A stretch of 64,000 bases of DNA from Diadema antillarum (lineage: Eukaryota): the NCBI RefSeq assembly GCF_040938485.1, contig NW_027272196.1:248001-312000 (forward strand), given 5' to 3'. The position numbers were made by a program, and so were the translations under genes. The notes beneath the pieces are model-generated. The model did no database searches and was not told the DNA's origin. It was given only the letters and a program-made list of their open reading frames with translations. This document shows, piece after piece, positions 12,969 through 24,892 of the stretch. Each line of letters opens with the position of its first letter. Position 1 is the first letter of the stretch.

Positions 12969-15900
12969 TATGTGTATTTGAGAATGTGACTGTTTAAATG
13001 AGCTTGACATGAGAAATAGCACTTTTTTCTGATTTTAAGTTCTTGGTGCATACTAAACCAGGTTTTCTGAAAAGATTTATATTGCTTTTTCAAAATCACT
13101 TGTTTCTGATTAATTGGCTCTGTGGTTGACTAGTTTGCTTTATGAGAATAGATCAGGCACTTCATGAGATGTGTTTTTGTCACAGTGCAACTGAAAACCC
13201 ACTCAGTTAGGATATCACTGCATCCAAACAGGGCGTTGATTTCTGTCGAAACACTTTCAAAATGTATGTGTACATGATTTGCCAGATCTTTCTTGAAGAT
13301 GAAGTCTGTGATTGTTCCTCAACAGCACTTGAGGTGATCTTATTCAATATCTTCTGCTATGTAATGATCTGTACACCCACCCGTTTTCTGTTAAATCAAA
13401 TTCAATGAATGAAAATGTAACCTGTGCTTCTCATGTAGATAACATGTCTTTCCTAGTGGAGCTGAACATAGTGTGCTGTAGTACATATATGTGTGTGTGA
13501 TTAATGATTCCGGGAGTACTTTCAAAGCTGTTCCTCTCGCCTAATTAATCACCATCATTCCCACCTATCTCATAACAGGTGGTAGGTTGTAAGTTAACAG
13601 CAAACATGTACATGGAAGGGAAGGGTGGGGTGTGGTGTGGGGACGATGGATAGAATCGCGGAAGACGAGAGCCCAATCAAATGATACGTTGTACCCTGTC
13701 ATATTCACGAGGTGATATTTTGCTATCCCAGCAGCTTAGCTTATCTGACGAGAGGTAGAAATTGATTAGGAAGTGAGAATGATTCACTTGGGAGTAGATG
13801 TAGCATAGCGTTAAGGGAAGCAAAACGCAGACAAGATAAGTTTTTATTGACGACTCACAGGCAGTAGGAAGCATCAGGCTTTAGTGCGCAGATTTGCAGC
13901 TGCAGTTTTCACTGTGAGTTCAGAAGCATGCAGCTGGAAACATGGTGGATATTTAATCCTCATATTGGCTTCAGGAAACTACTGCTTTTGAGGACAAAAA
14001 AAAAGGAGAGAAAAGAATAAACTGTTTGCTAAGCATTCAGGAACCATACTTTACAGTTGCTATAGTTTCATTAATAAAAATTCCTTGTAACACACACTTC
14101 ATACACATATTACTTTATGTAGGATTGCCTGTTAGATAAATGATAGAAATGGAGAAGTTTGATATAATCTAGGTTTTGTCTTATCTGTATTATACAAATG
14201 CTATTTGATAAATTTTGGATGAAAGTGGGTTTTTCAATGCAGTGTAATGCCTTCAAACCATACCTTTACAGGTTTTCAACAATCCCAATTTCTAATCAGT
14301 CCAGAGGATTACATAATAGCTTCGACTGTTTTTTTTTCTACTTTTCAGTCACAGATAAGATCTTCTATTCTTTCAGTTTCAAATTCCTACTCATGCTACA
14401 TACATGAGATCGCATGATTTTTGCTGCAAATAGGGGAGATATCATGATGCACCTTTGTGTTCATTCTTGAAACGTAAAGTGTTGCTTTTGAATTGGAAAA
14501 GCTTGGTTTGCAGATGAAGTTAAGAGTTTGACAGATGTGCTCGATAAAAGTGAGATGAAGTTATCTGTACTCTGGAAGTGTCCATAATAGTCATTTTATG
14601 GCATTGTGGGCTGACTGTCTCCTTTAATTCATCAGCATGACTCTACATTTATGGCCTGTTGACTGTGGGGAATGTAAGCAGAGGCGTCATCAGCATGTGA
14701 CCTAGATTTTTTATTATGAATGATTTGATGGAAAGTAGAACGCTATTTCAGTTCTCGTATTTACATAGCAAAATATGCACAGGCAAGCCACTGTATGGTG
14801 TACACCAGCACCCTTCAGAATTGTATATGTACAGTACATGACAGTGTGGGTGTATTTGTGTGATATGTGACTTTGTGTGAATTTTATGTGACATTGAGCT
14901 GTTGTGTATTTGAAAGAGATGACAAAATGACTGCCATGACTGGAAGTCAGAGTCTGTTATTTCTGTCAATGTGTGCTTGATGCTTGGTACGTTGTACGTA
15001 TGTCAACTTCAGAATAATCACAGTTTCATTGGAGTGCTGAACTGTGATGAAGATACTTCATTTTGGTTTGACTTCTTGGTGGGATCTAATGTTGCAAAGC
15101 TCTATTCTTCTTTATGATGTATTCTTTTCTGTTCTCAAGTTTGCTTTTTCAAGGGGATGGGGGGGGGGGGAATAGAGATGAGATAGAAATGAGTAAACTA
15201 TGACTTGAATGGAAGCTAGTGTGGTTACGTGTCCAGGCATTTAATAGAGGCACCTTTCTGTCTCAGGCTAGTGAAATTCAATTTCAATTTCAATTTCAAT
15301 TAATTTTCATATTTCTCGATGAAAAAATACATCAAATATAGTAAAATTAAATGAAATACATGATGTCCAGCTGGAGACATACATAGAATATTGTAAATAT
15401 ATAAAACATATAGTGGTCAATCTATGAAGTTTGGAATCTGTGAATGAATGCTAAAGAAATACGAAGGAACCAACTTAAAAGCGAGCTTGTTGAGCATAGG
15501 TCTTGATTAAAACAATGACCGAAACATAGAGAAGAACAAAATGAAATGAACTCGTCAACAAAGCCATGAAATATTTTAATTTCTTTCTGCTCAAAATGTT
15601 GTGCAGACTGAGTGGAAATTTCATTCATCCTCTTAATGATCTTTCAAATAACTATAGTCAGGAGAAATTCAAATCATATAATTTCTATTCTCAATGCTCT
15701 GTCATGTAATGCCTGTTGTTTTGCCTGTTATTTTGTTTTTCTTAAATAATAAATAAGCAAGAAATGAAAGGTGTATCTAGTGGATAAGATTGCATGTGAA
15801 TTTTGAGAGATGGAAGTCTGAGCAATTCAGATGCTAGTGAATGATAGAGTACATCCCTGTTGGCCCTTGGAATTGTCATCCTAGTCTTACAAATAATGTA

Positions 15901-18900
15901 CACCTGTTAGACAAACCAAATTAGCAATGCATACTAATCAATGGCATAGCAGGCTGTAATAGATCAATGCAAGCAGAAGTTGGTGATCCTAACGTTTCTA
16001 TTAAGTCATCAAGTATCCAGTGAGCACCTAAAGGAGATTCATTGTGGTCATGTGATGACATCCCCACATATTTCATCTTAAGTTGCTTTATATTTTACAT
16101 GCCAGCAACTTTTGATTTATTGAAGATGTGTTTCATGACCTATCTGAACATAATCAAGGCTGATGTAGTTTTATGTCCTTTCACCCAACAAAGAACAGGA
16201 AGTCAGTTCTTGCATTACAGATTCAAGAAATTTATGATCGCATTTCTTTGCATGTATATGAAGTGAAGATATCTCAATGCAAGTGACGTCATAGTCATTT
16301 GATATTGTCATGTTTTAGCAGGCTATGTAGAATAATTCACTGACACTCATGTTTGCTATCCTTTCACATTACTGTGTGATTTCATCTATCTTTTCTTGTT
16401 CTGTTGATTTTATCACATTGATTTCATCGAAAAGAACTGTGTATTTTGTGTGATATTCCCTCTGATGTCACTTCTGTTATTAACATCATAATGGCTCACT
16501 CATGAATTATCTAGAGGTCAAATATCCCTTTTGCAATTGTCACAAAATTTTGCATTGCTGAAGGATAATGTGTCTCCCAATTTCATGAATGAAAATCTTA
16601 CAGTATTTAAATAAACCTCAGAGATTTTGAAAAAAAAAATGAAAAACTAACCCCATGTCACTTTTGAATACGCTTCCCTGTTGTACTGAGAATAATGCTA
16701 GGATTGTTTTCGGGGTCCAAATAAATGTCCTGGAAATCTATAGTGTTGTTTCCCCAACATCAGAAAGAAGTTTCTAGTGTTATCTTTCTGAAGAAAGATC
16801 CGAATTTCCTACCTCTGCAATATACCAGCTCATGAAAGGAATCTAATGGTCAGGGTTGCAAAAGGGATGCATGAACTTCAAAAGACACAAATTGAACAGA
16901 GATGTAATATTATTCCATTTCTTGTTTTTGTTGTGCGGACACCCTATCCTCTGTCTTGGCAGAAGTGATGGAATATGATATGGTTTTAATATGCGGTGGG
17001 CAAAGCAGTCCATTTGTATAAGATGTCGTTTTGGCTGACCGCCTAACATTAGAATGATGTTTGTAATTCACATATCATTTGTTGAATTTTGTTAGAGGTC
17101 TGTCGTTTGTCTCCTCTGAACATGACGCTAACGTCTCTCATCTTTCTTCGATCTAAAACGCTCATAACTCACCTTGTCATTCTATCCCAGTAAAGGCGTG
17201 CTAACGCTCTGTATCTGTGACCCGTACTGTAGAGCTCAACACTCATTCGTTGTTCGCTTTGCAGGGGAAATCACACTTGATATCAATTACCCATGTTCGT
17301 GTTTTGTCACCTGTCGATTCTTTCCCTCACCTTTCTAATCCTCCCCTATAGGACGGAGAAGATGATAATGACTCAGACACACCAGAGGTGATTCATCAAT
17401 GTCTATGTGTTTTATCAAATTTTTTTTTGGTGGAAAAAAGCAAAGAAATGATGGCCCTGCTAGTAGAAATTACATGGTACTTGCATGAAATTTGAGTCCA
17501 CTGCTGTTTGTGTCTGTGCATTGTTCTTTTTGCTCGTGCTAGTGAAGTATGTTTCTGTTGGTTTGATTTAGTTTGTGATGCAGTTAGACAGGACTTGCAG
17601 TTTAAGGGAAAGTAAACCCAAAGAGCAATGTGGATTGAGTGAAAGCAGTAACATTAGTAGAACACATCAGTGAAAGTTTGAAGGAAATCGGGCAATCGAT
17701 GCAAAAGTTATGAATTTTTAAAGTTTTGGTGTTGGAACTGCTGGATAAGGAGACTAATAGAGGTTATGACGTATGAGAGGACTACAACATGAAGAAAATA
17801 TAAAGGGAATTCAATAGAAATTCATTTTTCATGAAAATTACACATTCCATCAACTTGATACTGACATATGTTAGGGGTAGCACTTATTCCCCTGTTTTCT
17901 GAAAGCGGTTAGTCAAGTACTCTTTCATTTTGCTATAAAAGTGATTTTTTTGTGGAATTCCTTTTATATTTTCTTTGTATTGTTGTCCACTCATACGTCA
18001 TAACCTCTAGTAGTCTCCTCATCCAGCGGTTCCAGCACCAAAACTTTAAAAATTCATAACTTCTGCATCGATTGTCCGATTTTCCTCAAACTTTCACTGA
18101 TGTGTTCTATTAATATTAATGCTTTTACTCAATCCACATTGCTCTTTGGGTTTGCGTTCCCTTTAAGTCAAGAGATAGTTACAACGAAAGTTCATTTGGT
18201 GCCAACAACCAGAATAATGATAGTCCAACAATTTATAACACAGATACAATCAGTACTCTATTTCTACCCATTTTTGTAGATGAATTATACTTGCTCTGTT
18301 CATTACACAAATTGAACAATTTGAAAAATTTGTTTCCATGGCAACCATTGTCTTTGACAATATGATGTGTCAAAAGAACTTGAACTTTCTTCATTTTTGT
18401 TCAGAATGGAAAGAGTCAAATACTCATTATGATATATCAAGAGACAGAATGACAAACATAGTACCATATGTTTTATCCATGTATGTACATAAATCCATTT
18501 GTTGGAAGATAACATATACAAAGAAGTAATTCATATAAAAAAAAAAGGAAGCCCCAAAGCCCTGTGTTCTCACAATTGAGTCTACTCTTTGTTCAAGTGG
18601 GTCTAACAATAGAATGTAGCTATCACCAGTGTTCTCGTTGTTCGCTTCTGCACCGTGTAATTTGTGTGCATTTATGTGGCTTTCCCTGTCTGTCAAAGTG
18701 TTGTATTATGTCCATGTTGTTTTGCTATTCTGCTTTGTCATTGGATTGATATGATTCAGAGCTCGGGCAGATTGACACGTTTAGTTTATTTGCCGATAAC
18801 GAGCCCCGTGTCGCGCCCTTGAGGCAGACGTATGTTTCCACAGCGTGCTACAACTGCAGAGTAGCATGCTGTGTTTTGTTTTGTTTTGTTTATTTTTTTT

Positions 18901-21900
18901 AGCATACAAATGTGTGCAAATGTGTATCAAACTGTAGTAGTGTGTGTGCCTATTTTGTTCCCCCACGTTGCTCATTAATCTATTTTACAGTGTACATGTG
19001 TGCCTTCGTGCATGTTCAGACCATGACCATTTCAATATATTGAGTTATGTCATGAAGTGATGCGTAGATGTGTTTACGAGTGTGCTCCCTCCATCCCTGT
19101 AGCCTTTGTGTGATAGAGCAGGAGAACGACAGATTACAAAAGCGTGAGATGAAATACAGCAGACAAGCTATTATCCCTGCGACCATCCTTTGACATTTAA
19201 AATCCACACTGCTAATAGGCTCGACGAAACTGATAAATTGGATTTGATAGGCGATCATAGATATTTGTTTTCTTCTACAGTTGCGATGTGACATCCTTGC
19301 CATTTTCGTGTACGGTACACTTTGGTTTCGTTAGAATACTTACAGGTTTTCTTTCATAGCAAAATACCCTTCACCCTTGTAGCAGTGATGTTGTTTTTTT
19401 CTTTTGAGTTCTTATATATTTCAAGTGATCAGATGCATGCGATGTGAATTGACATCTGTGGGGCATTTGAAAATGTTTGAATACTCTTAGTTATATATGG
19501 AAGCTTTATACACAAACTCTTTGTTGTTGCGACTCTGTAAACTGGGAACTTTCTTTAATAACAGTTGACAGTTATTAGATGGAATCTGGATAGAAGCTAT
19601 GTATAAGCTTACAGATACATTGTATCTGTATGTGTACAGATAGGCAATTTCCAATCCAGTGTTTTCAGAGCTGCCAATTTGTGAATTTTTGTCATATTTG
19701 GCAATTTTTTTCCTTATCCACAACAAAAACAGATGTGATAAAAATGAATTTGGCTAATGTACAACATTGATTTAGCACACTTTATATAGATCTGCGATTC
19801 TCCATTCTTAAACCAAATTGTGTCTTATTTTTCTTTCAAAGTATGAGTATGCATTTGTTTGTTTGTTTGTTTGTTTGTTGTTTTTTTCTGCTACATATGT
19901 ACTGTTTGTTTATAGTGGTTAGTTTTAGTTGTTTTTCCTGCAGAGGTTGACAACTTTTTTTTTCTTTTGCTTTGCTGTTGTATATGATAGAAACTTGCCA
20001 ATATGTACAGGGCTTAACATTTGCGGTTGCCTGGGGCCACTAAAAATTGATGTCTGGCAACCAGATTTTCAGAAAGGCTATCTATAGTGGCCAGATCAGA
20101 CACTTAAAAGTCAAATGGATTGTTATGTTTCCTTTTATTTGGGGTCACTACATTTTCTTTTTTTCTTTTTTTTTAGGCACAACAGTTTCAGTTTAAGAGA
20201 TTTGAGAGATGTTCAATTTTTTTTGGTATTTTTGTATTACTTTGGATTAAGTATTGATTTTCCGGTAAACTGTGCGCTTTAATAGATATATCTGTGTTCA
20301 GCGCCTAATAAATGTATTGTATTATTATTATTTAAAGGGCCCAAATGGGCCAACAGAGAAAAACATTTAGTGTCAAGCCCTAACATAGTGCCTGGGTTAT
20401 ATTGAAAAGTGTTTTGTGATAACAGTGAACGTGGTTCTCAACTCTTCTTTTCCTAAACTATTAAGTTTGAATGGTCTTCATTGCAGTTTGTAGCATCCTG
20501 TTGAATACTACAACTTTAAGGCATGGGTTTCTTTGTATTTTTGTTTTTTTTAAATGATTGTAGCTTTATGTAAGATTATGGCAATATCTTCAGTTATATT
20601 TGGAAATATGAATATATTTGGAAATATGGATATAAACCTAAGACAGGCAAGTGTTATCTTGTTACTTTACCAGCATGTGCAACCTTTGCATGGCGTGTTT
20701 TTGTGGCATTGTTTTTATTCACATGTTGAGTCTATTCAGTTGTCTGCTGTTAATACTAGAATATTTAGGGATACAAAGGTGACATTTGCATTGGCTGTGC
20801 ATCTGCCAGCCAATTCAGAATGCTTGCAGACATTGTATGCAAATTGAAGATAATGTTTTGATTTCATTGTGTATTTATGACTTCCCCTTTGGGAACGTGA
20901 ATCCTCTTCGTATGCACAGCCGGTGTTTGTGCTGAAAGCTTGTAGCCATGCAAGGGTGGACAAATCTTGTGTGCAGAATAGAAAGATATACCTGCAGTTG
21001 AAGAGATTTGACCTTTTATACAAATTGTGCATAACAACATGCTAAAAACAGCCCAATGATAATTCCACTGCCGGTTTTTTGTCCCCTTGGATTGATGTTT
21101 ATCTTCTGAAAGTAACAGACCTCAACAAGGCACAATTTGCAGGTCTAAATGTCAGCATTGAAATGCTTTTGTGGCAGTAGTTGAATGTGTAGATCAGTGT
21201 GGCGTGCAGTAGCCACTCTGCCCCCCCTTTACAGTCTTTGAGGGAATGAAATTGTTACTATGGAAACAACATCACTCTGGCTAATTCTTTGTCAAGCATG
21301 TCCTCAAAACAGTCACACTGATGAAGGTTATATTGGGAAAATGAGCAGCTGGGTGCCCATCCCAGCAGTGTTTAGTGCTTGATTCAACTATTCATGCTCA
21401 CTCATTCCCTTGTAACGACAACAGCATGTAAGAATTAAAATGGATGAGGGCTCGTCAAAAGCCTCATGAATTGTAACCTCTACACAGAGCCCAGCGTAGT
21501 TAAGATATTTGAGCATGATATATTGATATGAATGGTTGATAATGCAGTCTAGGTTCATATAATATTATCATCATTATTATTCATTTATAGTGTTGGCTAG
21601 CAAACTGAGATATTAGAAATTTACACAGGGTTGTGCAATCTATAAAAAAAACCCTCATACTAATAATGATATATTATCATTCTACAGAAATCAGTATAAC
21701 CACACCTCGTACTGTTACAACAATATTTCATTACAACATTATGTACTCAAATCAATTTTCAAGTTTGATGCAAATTTTCCAAACAAAAAATAAGTGTTAC
21801 CTTACATATTCATGTAGAACGTACATTTGTAGGCACATAGCCACAAAAGATACAGAATGTGTGTATGAATGAATATTAAGAGTTCAAATTACATTTTGGG

Positions 21901-24589
21901 CTATTCCTGTTTTGTAACAGAGAAACTTCCATGTACATGTACATGAAGTACACAAATAACAAACAATCTTTGTACAAACTGCAGTGCTATATATTATTCT
22001 ACTTGAAATGCTTGGGTACCATTTGAGTATTTTCTTGAAAATTCAGTTTGTACTTGGATTGCAACGCATGTCCATGTGCATACAGTTTTGAGTACTTAAC
22101 ATTTGCATTGCTAAACTCTGGATGTCGTAAAAATTGTATTCCTCGTTTTAAGTATCAGTGTACATGAATGTACTGTATGATGTGAAGTTTTATTGTAAGG
22201 ACCAGTAACTCATCTTCTGTTGTCATGTCCTCTGTGATTGGGTCTCTCTCTCTTCTCTGGGCAGGAGCGAGCCATGAAGGAGCAAAATCTTCGTGAGCAG
22301 CACCTACGCGAGGAGGAGCAGCGGCGGAGAGTGATGGCGCTGACGGCCCAGTTCGAGCAGCAGATCAAGGCTCAGCAGCAACAGCTGCGGCTCCAGAAGC
22401 GGGCGCGGGCCGAGCGCCAGGCGGCCATGATGCAGGAGAAGGAGGCCCGCCAGACGGCCTCCAACGCGGCCGCTGCAGCCGCGGCAGCAGCAGCGGCCCG
22501 CATGGCAGCCCAGAAGGCCCAGTCGGTGACTGAGGGGTCCATTGATGGAGACTCGGACCAGCCCCAGGATCTCAGTCTGAACAGCTCAAGGAGGCATGCC
22601 AAGAATGAGGAAGAGAGGAACAAGGAGAGGAAAAAGAGGGTAGGTACCAAAAATGAAGCACACTATAACCATCGAATGTCAAAGACTGAGTGAACAGTCA
22701 GATATACTTTCGTCTATATTTCAAGGGTATTCTAGTATTTAACTTTAAAGTTATGTGCGGAACAATGGAAGACTTGTTGGATGAAGATTTTATCATCACC
22801 CCTTATTTGAAGAATGATGATTCTCACAGACATTACTAGTTTGTGAAAACATGTGGATCTTAAAAATGCCATGTGGGATATAACTTTCACTAGTCTGTTT
22901 GTTTTACAAAATCAACTGAGATACAGAGTGAAAGTTTGCTTTAATCCACCTCTTTCTTGTATTATCTTTGGCTTGAATACCTTTGGAAACTATGTATCCT
23001 GCATATGGTCTCAGTTTGTTGTCTAGAGTGTTTTTATTGGTGCCTTTAAGAGTACAAGATCCACAGGGACTTTTTTTTTAACCTCTGCCAGAATTTTATG
23101 TTTTTGTCGGCATTGATTTGTTTGTTTGTCTGTTTGCAAAAAAGTCAAAAAGTTGTGAATAAATTTGGATGAAACTTATTGGAAAAGTTGATAATGACAG
23201 AAGGAACAAATGACTGGATCTTTTTGTAGTGATCTGGGAATTTTATGAGTTTTTGAAAGATTTTTTATCTTTTGGCAAATAGGGTCAATGAACTTGGGCA
23301 TTCAAGCTGCGCGTATTTGAGGTTTGCATACACGCACTAAAGCGCGTGCTGTGCTCGAGGCGCTGCGCAGCATGAAGGAAGTTGATGAGGTAAATAAACA
23401 TAGGGCTTCTTCATCATTGGGAAAGTGGACGATTATCAACATGTGTGTATGGGTGGAGATGAGCTGCTTGGCGGAGATCTGCGCTGTCTGAGTGCTTTTC
23501 TGTTTTTTTATGCAAAAAACAAAGAAGGAATACATGTACCTTACATAATTGGAAAACGTTTTTTTCTTTGTTTAGCTATCCTTTCAAAGCATTCATTAAT
23601 TGACATAAAAAGATTATTCATAGAGAATGAATGCAATGCAGATTCGTGTGTGTATGTGTGTATGTGCGTGTCTGTGAGTATGTGTGTGTCAAGTCATGAA
23701 TCTGAAATTGCCGTTGATATTACATATATCCCAGCAAATAGCCTATACTACTGGCAGTTACTGAATAACACATCAAGTCATTAGGTTAAACAAAAGAAGT
23801 GTAATTATGCATAGGACTTTTTTCTTTGTTGAAAATGATGGAAATTATATCACCAGCCAGGTCCTTTACTTATCATTGCGACAATGCAGTGGCATATTGG
23901 AAAGCACACCCATTGTGACATGTTGTGTGTATGTTCAATTTCATTCGTGTGCAGAATCTTCTCTGTCACACTTACGACCTTATGCAGCCAGTTTAGCTGG
24001 AAGCCATGTTAGTGGGAAGCCATCTATGAAAACTGTATTTCCAATGTCTTGCAGAATGACCGAACCATTTTAAAGCTCTTTGCTTTAATATTATAGAGTG
24101 CTGTTTTATATGAGGATTTTTCTTTCCTCTACTTATAGTATGTTAGTTTTACATCTGTTTTATGCTTAATTCTATGCCAGATGATAAAGTGGTAGTTAGA
24201 AAATGTATTTGTGCTGTATGTGTTTAATCTTTATGTGGATCCTACAATGTGCTTAGTCTTTCGCGTACTTACATATTTTGACAAAGGAATGAGCACATCA
24301 ATTGAGCCAAACCTACTAGGTCTTGTTACTGCAGAATTTTCACAGTGGAGAGAGTTCAAATTGTCAAGATTCTTTACGTTTTAAAGTCTCTGCAGCTCTG
24401 ATACTTCAATTACCTCTGCAAGGCCAATGGGCTTGTTAGCAGGGAGGAGAGAATAGCACTAATTTAGTGCTTTGCCAGCCAGAGGTTGGAGCAACCTTTG
24501 TATGGTTGCAGGTGGCACTAAGAAATATTTTTGTGGAACACTAACCATGTCCAGCATTTGTGTGATGCGAGTTATTGACTCTTTTTCTG

Positions 24590-24653
<64 letters not shown>

Positions 24654-24861
24654 ATGTGTTGTGTTGCTATGAATATGATGTGCATGTATGTGCGCATCCA
24701 TAAATGGCTTCAAATATGAACACTTGGTGACTGTAAGTGTCCTTGGTACATTAGGTTTTCTTTGAAATGTATGAAACTGGATGGGTTTGTTTTTTACACA
24801 TATAATGTACATCTCTGTATATATATTGCACAAAGGCAAGTTCAGAAAGCTCAGAAGCTTC

Positions 24862-24892
<31 letters not shown>

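Noticed and set aside
13600-13980. Possible internal promoter (CCAAT, GGAAGT motifs)
   Set aside because: Only scattered short motifs; the nearest ATG is followed by a stop after 4 codons; no first-exon donor fits.
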